64,000 nt of DNA, from positions 168,392,001 through 168,456,000 of the forward strand of contig NC_042998.1 of assembly GCF_006345805.1 (NCBI RefSeq), given 5' to 3'. Below the pieces are notes generated by a model. The model was given only the letters and a program-made list of their open reading frames with translations. It was not told the DNA's origin and made no database searches. A program made the translations under genes and the position numbers. The stretch is from Octopus sinensis (Eukaryota). Positions 54,925 to 64,000 of this stretch are shown here, piece after piece; the first letter of the stretch is position 1; every line of letters starts with the position of its first letter.

Positions 54925-55960
54925 GCAGAGTGTTCCGGTTAAATTTGATAGTTTGCATAAAAGGAAAAGAAAACAATATCCCATCTAAAAATAAAAGTAT
55001 TTTTTTTTAAATCAAACGATATTAACTAGATTATGGCTGGGACATAACAGTTTACTCAAAATAGCTACCCTCGGCTTCCACCCCGGCCTCAAGACGGATC
55101 CAGAACCTGGCGCATGCTTTTCTCACTGTGTCCTTGGGAAGATCGAACGTTTCCTAGATTTTGGCCATCACCTCCGTCTTGGTTTTGAAGCAGAGTGGTT
55201 GGTGTCTTTCTCAACTTCACCTCACACATAGTAAACCATGTGATTATAATTGGAAGAACAAGGAGGCCAGAAATTGGGGCTGATGAAATCGTAGATATTT
55301 TCCAACAACTTCTGACTCTTTCCGGGTGAATGGCAAGGAGCCGAATCCTATTTCTTTACTACCCACAAGGAGCTAAACACAGAGAGGACATACAAGGACA
55401 GACAAATGGATTAAGACGATTATATCGACCCCAGTACGTAACTGGTACCCCGAAAGGATGAAAGGCAAAATCGACCTCGGCGGAATTTGAACTCAGAACG
55501 TAGCGGCAGACGAAATACCTATTTCTATTTCTTTACTACCCACAAGGGGCTAAACACAGAGAGGACATACAAGGACAGACAAATGGATTAAGTCGATTAT
55601 ATTGACCCCAGTGCGTAACTGGTACCCCGAAAGGATGAAAGGTAAAATCGACCTCGGCGGAATTTGAACTCAGAACTAACGGCTGACGAATTACCACTAA
55701 GCATTTCGCCCGGCGTGCTAACGATTCTGCCAGCTCGCCGCCTTAAGGAGCCGAATCCTACTGCTACACATATGGTCTTCCAGCAGCAACCCTCTCCAGG
55801 CAGAGTTTGATCATTGTCCCCAGCAGTTTCACATAGCCATTTGAAATGAGCCTAAGGCCCTGTTCAAAAGAGTGAGGACGAATTCCGGTGTGCGGACGCT
55901 GTCAGAACACGTTAAATCCCTTTCTGCTGACCAGATTTTTGGTTTCCGTTGCAGCTGTCC
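54925..55960 (-). mobile_element. maT/DD37D-like Tc1-mariner fragment, interrupted by a SINE dimer
   Basis: QQDSAPCH (reconstructed across the TSD), NFWPPCSSN and KACARFWIRLEAGVEAEGSYFE* motifs. Confidence 0.75.
55351..55744 (-). mobile_element. Head-to-tail dimer of SINE family A within one 16-bp TSD
   Basis: AAGGAGCCGAATCCTA at 55335-55350 and 55745-55760. Confidence 0.9.
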
Positions 55961-57181
55961 ATGTCACGTCTTTCAGCCTTTACAGTGTTCACAGAGCATT
56001 GAGCAGCAGTCGTAATGTCGACATTCTGACACCCGACACGAATCATCATGATACAGGTACCCCTTGTCTAATTTTTAAATGGCATCCAGTCCTACATGTC
56101 AGCTAGCTTTTTCTCACCTACACCTTAAATTCTAATGCTCTATAACGCCTTTGACTGTTCATTAAATTGTTCCTGGAAAAAGAAGACATTTAAAAAAATC
56201 GCCAAATTTAGCCCGAATACCATTCATATAATTACGATGGGCTTCTTTCAATTTCCGTCTCCCAAATCCACTTACAAGTATTTAGTCAGCCCGGCGCTAT
56301 AGTAAAAGACACTTTCACAGGATGCCACGCAAAGGAACTGAACCCAAGATCACGTGGTTGGAAAGAAAGCATCTAAACCATATAGCCACGCCTGCGCTTA
56401 TAGTCGAGATTTTTCGCCCTTTTGTATAAGCAAATGAAATTTGAATTCTCCAGCTACGTTATGATTTCATGTTCGGAAGATTTCATCAACGTTTACAAAA
56501 AGAAAGAAAATCTGACTCAGTTATGCGTTGGATTTATATGTAGATCAACATTGTAGCACTTTGCTCTTAGCAATATTTGTAATCTCCCTCATTTGGTAGC
56601 ACACCTGGTAGGAAAATGAAATAACGAAACAATAAAAATGACGTAGTGCCAGACTTCCAAATTGGAACGTAATTGATGATTGAAGTGGCGCCTTATGTAA
56701 GCAGCAAATCCTTTTTCACTCCATTTTACTTTCTCTCTCTACTTTCCTATTTCCACAAAGCTTCATCATTACAGTGTATGAATGTTGGTATCTAGATTTT
56801 GTCGAGCAGTATAGTTCACAGATTCGACAACCAGTAAGAATATTACTTTTATTTATTTACTTATTACATGGAAGGCGAAGCCTGTCCTGGCTATATTTGA
56901 ACTCAGTATGTTGACTGACTGGATTAAATTCTATATATAGCACTAATGTGCCGCTTTGTATTTGAAATAACTGTGGTGGTAGCAAAATCTAAACGACATG
57001 GAAGAAATATGTAATAATACCAATTTGTTTACAATCTTCTCTCTTTCTTAGCATTTCTCTTCAATATAGGCACCAGCACGCCTGTATAGTTAAGAAGCTG
57101 GCTTTTCAACCATGTAATTTTGAGTTCAGTCCCACTGTGAGACACCTTGGGCAAGTGTCTTCTTGTGAGAGCCCGTTGCAC

Positions 57182-57234
<53 letters not shown>

Positions 57235-57357
57235 AATTAGAGAAAAAACCTCTATTAAGCAATTCAATAGTATGTATATATATATATAATATATATATAT
57301 ATAATATATATATATATATATAATATATATATATATAATATATATATATATATATAA

Positions 57358-57535
57358 AGGCAAAGTTTACGAAAATAAACAAAAGACGAAGGCAGGTGGA
57401 ATACAAACAAACAAATGTATTAGTATAGCGCTCAGGAATAGAAAAAGTCTTTTACGTTTCGAGCCTACGCTCTTCGACAGAAAGATACACAGAAAAAAAC
57501 AAGGAGAGAAAAAAATGCGTGTAGGAGCTAACGTG
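57358..57535 (-). ncRNA. Family H3 hammerhead-like repeat, A6U core
   Basis: Minus strand UCUUU-CUGUCGA-A-GAGC-GUAG-GCUC-GAAACGU-A-AAAGA at 57448-57485. Confidence 0.55.
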
Positions 57536-58058
57536 GTTGACTGATGTGTATATATATATATATATATATATTAGTCAACCAATATTTATTATTTGAAATT
57601 CAACAAAAAACTATGAACAATAGGGAACGCGTGTATGTGTGTGTGTGTGTGTGATTGTGTGTGTGTGTGTATACGAAGGTGTATGTCCTAGTGTTTAGGA
57701 TGTTACACTCATGCGTCATCTTCGACGGGAGAGTCAATCATACATACATACATACATACATACATACATACATACATACATACATACATACATAATACAT
57801 ACATACATACATACATACATACATACATACGTACGTACGTACGTACGCACGCACGCAAGTGTGTGTGTGTGTCCGTTTGTTTCCCGGCAAAAGAGACCGA
57901 TAGAATAAGTGTCAGACTTAAAAAGAATTAGTACTGGGGTCCATTTGTTCGACTAGAACCTCGAAGGTGTGGTGTCCATCATGGTCGCAGTTCAATGACT
58001 GAAACAAGTTGAAGAATAAAGATTAAAGAACACCTATCTCTCACTCTCTTTTCTACTC

Positions 58059-58252
58059 TTGGCACAAGGCCCGAAATTTTTGGAGAGGCGGGGGCCAGTC
58101 GATTAGATTGAACCTAGTACGCAACTGGTACTTAATTTATCGATCTCGAAAGGATGAAAGGCAAAGTCGACCTCGGCGGAATTTGAACTCAGAACGTAAA
58201 GACAGATGAAATACCACCCTAAGCATTTCGCCCGGCGTGCTAACGTTTCTGT
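58059..58252 (-). mobile_element. tRNA-SINE family A
   Basis: Close match to the other family A copies. Confidence 0.85.
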
Positions 58253-58254
58253 CG

Positions 58255-58445
58255 AAACAGGCCATCGTGTTACACCGTCTGATGCCACCCTTTCTCTCAG
58301 TTGTTTGATACCAGTTCTTGTCCTTTGAGGCGAAGAACTCTTTCACTGAAGCCTTCATCTCCTCTTGGTTGAGGAATCGTCGCGAGTACAGGAAGCGAGC
58401 CATAGATCGGAACAGGTAATAATCCGAGGGAGATATGTTTCCGCA
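58255..58445 (-). pseudogene. Mariner transposase C-terminal fragment
   Basis: MARFLYSRRFLNQEEMKASVKEFFASKDKNWY. Confidence 0.75.
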
Positions 58446-58577
58446 GTCCTGATGTGCATTATCTGTCTCTCTCTCTCATTGTATATCCCAGCCCTCGTTG
58501 CCTCTCACATTTTTCGACCTATTTTGTTTGCACCAAATTATCAGTTCATTCAGGTACCTCGCCATAATCAAACTTAC

Positions 58578-58699
58578 ATTTATCCGCTGAGATCTCCGCG
58601 ATAAGTAAGACAGTCTACACTGTTTTTTCCGTTTATTAAAGTTTTCCAAAAATTTCTGACGGTATACATTTTCCACGTTTTTCATTTTATTCAAAAATG
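58578..58699 (-). CDS. Host gene internal exon (AFLNKMKNV...RSQRIN)
   Basis: Acceptor AAATTTTAG, donor GTAAGT, 122 nt, phase 1 to 0. Bridges the flanking exons in frame. Confidence 0.78.
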
Positions 58700-58788
58700 C
58701 TAAAATTTTCGAAGAAAACAAAAATATCAATTAATACTAATAACAACAACAACAACAACAGCAAATAATAATAATAATAATAATAATA

Positions 58789-59344
58789 ATGCCCTGATGC
58801 AGTACCAGGCAGTGGCTCTCATGGCTTCTGATCTTAACTGATTGGAAGTTTTATCATGTACATTGTTTTGTCTTGGTATAAAAGATGGGCTACAGCAAAT
58901 ATTCTGCTCAATACCACAGATTTGCTTGTCAGTTGTTTGACCTTAACCAGTTGAGCATGTCCCTTAGTGGCTGACGATATGTGCATCTCTGATCACGAGC
59001 AGAAGTAGTGGGGGAGCATCATAGCCATGTGTTGAGAGGGATTCTTTGGGGTTTGAATAATTCACCTCTGGAAACATGGGTGGTTCTTTCAACATCGTTA
59101 AACAACCCTTATTCAGGGACCGTTTGAGCGGGATGGGCTACTCAACCTGAAGAAAATTCTAACTGGGCCCCACCTGCAAGGTCATGTGCTGTTTATCTTG
59201 ATATGAGATCACTATGTCGCGCACATATGGTTGTGATGCATGTGCCTGGTGTACCTTTATCAGACGGGTAGTCATGATGGTATATTGGGCTTCGTATATT
59301 TTACCCCAGTGTCACTTTGATGGCATGAACTGCTCTCTCACTCA
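58789..59344 (+). mobile_element. ~556-bp TAA-embedded element, copy 4
   Basis: (AAT)n-ATGCCCTGATGCAG...CTCTCACTCA-(ATA)n. Confidence 0.92.
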
Positions 59345-59371
59345 ATAATAATAATAATAATCTCTCTTCAA

Positions 59372-59965
59372 TTATAGGTACAAGGCCTGAAATTTGAGAG
59401 AGAGAACTCAAATACATCGACCCCAGTGTGTCACTGGTACTTCTTCATTTATCGACCCCGAAAGGATGAAAGGTGAAGTCGACCTCAGGGGAATTTGAAC
59501 CTAGAACGTGGAGATGGACGAAATACTGCTAAGCATTTTTCCCAGCGTGCTAACGATTCTGCCAGCTCGCCGTCCTAATAATAATAATCCTTTCTACTAT
59601 AAGCACAAGGCCTGAAATTTGGGGTGGGGGCTTGTCGATTACATCGACTCGAGTACTCAACTGATACTTAATTTACCGATCCCGAAAGGGTGAAAGACAA
59701 GGTTGACCATGGCAGAATTTGAACTCAGAACGAGAAGACGGATGAAATGCCGTTAAGTATTTCGCCCGGCATGCTAACGATTCTGCTAGCTCGCCAATAA
59801 TAATATTTCTTGTTTATTTTGGTGCAAGGCTAATCATTTTGAAGGGTGTGGTGTCGATTACATCGATTCGAGTGCTTCACTGGTACTAATTTTATTGACC
59901 TCGGCGATATTTGAAGAAATGCTATTCAGCATTTTGTTCCACGCGCTAACTATACCGCCAGCTTA
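59372..59965 (-). mobile_element. Three tandem SINE family A copies separated by (TAA)n
   Basis: Copies at ~59372-59575, 59588-59797 and 59815-59965. Confidence 0.8.
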
Positions 59966-60179
59966 TTGTCTCATAAACAACAACAACAATAACTGAAAGC
60001 AACGAGTTGTGGAAAAGCGCGTCTAACAAACGGAAACCATACCTGTTCACCGTCAAGGAAAAGCTGGAAATGTTGTAGGCTCAGTGCACATCTGCGCATC
60101 TTAAACCACGGCATTCCCAGTCCTCTGCGAAGCGGACACTGAAAAAAATGGACTGCACAAAAGGTGGAAGAGCAAACGT

Positions 60180-62310
60180 TCCATTCTCATCAGCTATGCA
60201 GTAGAATAAGACACGGCGGTCGAGCGGAAGTAGATGACGAATTCGATGTAATCATTCGCCACCTCCACTCGTCTCTTCAGGCAGTTTCCTTTCAGCCCAA
60301 TTCTTGGTAAAACTTGTCGCCCTACTCGTCACCTCTTCCCAGTTCTTGTTCACCTGGAGGTCTGTACCAAACCAAACCCCAACCAATTTAGCCATTTCAT
60401 CCGCCCAATGTCCAACGACACTGTTGGACGGCATGAACCTGCTTCTCCAGGAGCCTCAGGCTCACGGAGTTCTAGTTACTTTTTGCTTTTCTCATCGCCT
60501 TGTATTCCCTTAGTGCCGATCACCTCGATTTCTTTGGTGTCCGACACTGTTGCAGTGACGTCGTCTGCATTTGCGTACACGGATCTTCCGCATCATAGTC
60601 CTCACTTGATACCCCTTGAAATATTCAACGTCTTCAGCAGTAGCTCTAGAGTTGGTACAGAAAAGAAACAAGTAGCTATTGTCGATGGAACGATTACATG
60701 ATTCTAAATGATTCTAACAGGTGGTCATTTACTCTGACAGCCGAACAAATGTCGCTGTACATTGCAGCAATCCAACCTCTGAAAACTGGATGGAAAACAA
60801 CCACCAAATTTTGAAGGTCGATCCTATTGAAAGCTTTCAACTGATCTAAATTGATCAAGGTCCCACCAATGCCAGCCTCTTTACTCATCTTGTCTATGAT
60901 GTATCGCGTGAAGTGGAGGTTATCTTGGATAGACCTGTCTGGTAATGACATATGTCTCTGCCTAACCCACCAGAATACCGGCGACAAACGCCAACCTTTT
61001 AGCTAGCACCTCGGCCAAAATCTTCAGCTCTGCATGTAGTAGAGTTATGGGCCTGAAGTTGTAAGAATCATACACCTTGTCCTGGTCCTTTCTCGGCAAT
61101 GCCACCACACGTCTTTCTGTAGAAGTGGAAATTTGCCCGTTCTACTGCCAGTTGCTGTAGACATCTGCAAAGAGGACTCCAAACAAGTCGAGCATATGAC
61201 GATAAAGCTCGTAGGGCAAACTATCCAACCCTGACAACTTCTCCACCGCGCATCACTTCGCCCATTTCGTCAGCTGTTATCGGCCTTCCGCAACAATCCG
61301 CATCCCAATCTTGGACAGCAACAGACCATCGATATAGGCGGTAAAGCCCACCCCCGTCTCCGGTCCATTGTCCACTCCAAACAGTTGAGCAAAGGGGCAC
61401 ATCTCCGTGGAATCAGTTGAAGAATCAGCCAAGGGCCAATCTCGATACCAGCACGGCAGTATCAATACCTTTTCTAAGCGCCTCTTCTAGGTTACTAACT
61501 AGCTTTCCCTCTAGCTTAGACTTCTCAATCACTATTTCTTTACTAAATTTTACCGATTTTAATCTCATAGCTTTCTTCAGGGCTAACCACCACCTGTTGT
61601 CGAAAATGTCATCTGTCAGCTCCCTCTTAACTAGTTCACTAAGTTGATCTCTATAAGCTTTTCGCAACAGGAATGTCGCATTCAGTTTTCAATATCTAGG
61701 TCCCTGTCTACGCAACCTATCTACGTCCACCGTACAGGTCACGAATTTCACTTGTAGATAATTTATGTTACACCTATTTCTTGGCGTACAGAATACTCTA
61801 TCGATATACGATCTGGATGATCCGATGTTGTTTGTCCATGTCCACATGGGTGAATTGGAAAATCCACTCGGTACCTGTCAGCCAGTGGGAAACGACTGAG
61901 TAGGCTTGCGAGGCTTTTATACCCACCTCTCCTATAAGATAACCTTACAAAATCCAGATGTGCATGCGAAATACCGTACTAATTGCCCACTAGCACCAAA
62001 GAACGCGACGTCCCAAGGAAAACTTTCAAGCACCTGAAGAAATCCGACTGCCCCACCCCTGCCGGGGTATATACAGTCTAAAGGCACACCTTTGCTGCTG
62101 CTCACGTCCAGGACCACCAGCTTACCTTCAGATCCACGAACATCGACCGTATCTCCGGACAACACCACTACCCTTTACCACTATTTCGAATCGAGTAAGC
62201 GATACGAAGAGCGCAAAATCGCCAAAATGGGTGCTAAGGTACGAGTGTCAGAAACCCTGGTTTCGATGAGGCTACTACATCCAAACTTGGTGCCTCGAGG
62301 TCATTAAGGA
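60180..62310 (-). mobile_element. Decayed Tx1/L1-clade LINE (EN and RT remnants)
   Basis: RSIQDNL, LINLDQLKAFNRID and WIAAMYS RT motifs; endonuclease remnants at 61700-62300. Confidence 0.82.
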
Positions 62311-62337
62311 ATAATAATAATAATGATGATGATGATG

Positions 62338-62407
<70 letters not shown>

Positions 62408-62458
62408 TGATAATAATAATAATAATAACAATAATGATGATGATAATAATAATAATAA

Positions 62459-62496
<38 letters not shown>

Positions 62497-62498
<2 letters not shown>

Positions 62499-63051
62499 GC
62501 CCTGATGCAGTACCAGGCAGTGGCTCTCATGGCTTCTGATCTTAACTGATTGGAAGTGTTATCATGTACATTGTTTTGTCTTGGTATAAAAGATGGGCTA
62601 CAGCAAATATTCTGCTCAATACCACAGATTTGCTTGTCAGTTGTTTGACTTTAACCAGTTGAGCATGTCCCTTAGTGGCTGACGATATGTGCATCTCTGA
62701 TCACGAGCAGAAGTAGTGGGGGAGCATCATAGCCATGTGTTGAGAGGGATTCTTTGGGGTTTGAATAGTTCACCTCTGGAAACATGGGTGGTTCTTTCAA
62801 CATCCTTAAACAACCTTATTCAGGGACCGTTTGAGCGGGATGGGCTACTCAACCTGAAGAAAATTCTAACTGGGCCCCACCTGCAAGGTCATGTGCTGTT
62901 TATCTGATATGAGATCACCATGTCGCGCACATATGGTTGTGATGCATGTGCCTGGTGTACCTTTATCAGACGGGTAGTCATGATGGGTATATTGGGCTTC
63001 GTATATTTTACCCCAGTGTCACTTTGATGGCATGAACTGCTCTCTCACTCA
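62497..63051 (+). mobile_element. ~556-bp TAA-embedded element, copy 5
   Basis: Same ends as copy 4, preceded by ~170 bp of (TAA/TGA)n. Confidence 0.92.
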
Positions 63052-63070
63052 ATGATAATAATAATAATAA

Positions 63071-63167
63071 GTGTACCCTTATCAGACGGGTAGTCATGAT
63101 GGGTATACTGGGCTTCATATATTTTACCCCAGTGTCACTTTGATGGCATGCACTGCTCTCTCACTCA
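63071..63167 (+). mobile_element. 5'-truncated copy 6 of the ~556-bp element
   Basis: Only the last ~97 nt are retained, with (TAA)n on both sides. Confidence 0.88.
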
Positions 63168-63200
<33 letters not shown>

Positions 63201-63201
<1 letters not shown>

Positions 63202-63365
63202 CCTTTCTACTATAGGCACAAGGCCTGAAATTTTAAGAGAAGGTTCTAATCGATTACATTGATACCAGTGCATACTTTATCGACCCCGAAATGATGTATG
63301 GCAAAATCGACCTCGGAGGAATTCGAACTTAGAACGTAAAGACGGACGAAATACCGCTAAACATT
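63201..63365 (-). mobile_element. tRNA-SINE family A; its tail forms the adjacent (TAA)n
   Basis: CTTTCTACTATAGGCACAAGGCCTG start on the plus strand. Confidence 0.82.
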
Positions 63366-63426
63366 TTGCACATCGTACACACATACATACACACCCAGAC
63401 ATATACACTCAAACATCGATAGATAG

Positions 63427-63481
<55 letters not shown>

Positions 63482-63797
63482 GTAGATAGATAGACAGACA
63501 GACAGACAGGCTGGCTGGCTGGCAGACAGACCGGTATCCTTTTTCCTTCTTTATTTTCGCCGTTATGTATCTCACCACACATCGGCCTGTCTTTAGACGA
63601 TTCTAAAGTACATATTTCCCGCTAAATTAAGTTAGCAATTTCTCGTGCATTCCTTCTCCATTATTAAGCAAATTATCCATGAGTAAAATAAGACAGGTTG
63701 GTCATGGATGTATCGATTTTGATCACAGCTCTAAGCGTTCAGAGTTTACCCAGAGATAAACAAGTTGTTTTTGCTTTTTTTCTACTTGTCTACCTAC

Positions 63798-63977
63798 CAG
63801 TAATATGTTGAATTTCATGAGGGACATTGTCTCCTTTCAGCAAGAATTCGTCTTGAGATTTCAAGCTCGCTTTCTTAGTTCGTTGTCCAATGTCACTGGC
63901 CACGAGGCGTGATTCAAAGAAAGGTCTCAAGTGTACAGATAACCAGAAATGCCGTGCTAGAAGTGTATCTTTCTCGT
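63798..63977 (-). CDS. Host gene internal exon (EKDTLLARHFWLSVHLRPFF...EIQHIT); the exon may extend past the window end
   Basis: Acceptor-like TTGCTTTCTGTGATTCAG, donor GTAGGT, 180 nt, phase 1-1. Only one frame is open. Confidence 0.8.
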
Positions 63978-64000
63978 CTGAATCACAGAAAGCAATTTGT

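Noticed and set aside
58789-58860. HDV-like ribozyme at the 5' end of the 556-bp element
   Set aside because: A 5' hairpin can form, but I could not build the P1/P1.1/P2/P3 double pseudoknot by eye.
63575-63735. Additional minus-strand exon ending at a GTG|GTGAGA donor
   Set aside because: No acceptor gives an open frame in the required phase 1.

Overview
AT-rich, microsatellite-dense animal genomic DNA. The repeat families resemble those of octopus (coleoid cephalopod) genomes; this is inference from recognition, not a database result. Most ORFs in the supplied track are microsatellite or antisense artefacts. (1) A previously unflagged host gene lies on the minus strand, with 8 exons bounded by canonical AG/GT sites (63977 to 25727). 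Splice phases are compatible at every junction except one, and the gene ends in a stop codon followed by AATAAA. The protein is not recognised. (2) Decayed transposons include Tc1, mariner, maT and Tigger elements, several R4/Dong-like REL LINEs, a CR1/L2-like LINE with an inverted 5' part, a Tx1/L1-like LINE, a Penelope-like RT and an internally deleted Gypsy element. (3) At least four tRNA-headed SINE families are present. The most interesting signals are: several short repeat families carrying minimal type-I hammerhead ribozyme folds, one fused to a tRNA-like Pol III head and three copies with a shared A6U core variant; a discrete ~556-bp non-coding element that always sits strand-specifically in (TAA)n next to R4/Dong LINEs; a twin-priming-like LINE inversion; and several long foldback hairpins. 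Frequent 1-nt indels suggest long-read consensus noise, so some frameshifts and palindromes may be assembly artefacts.
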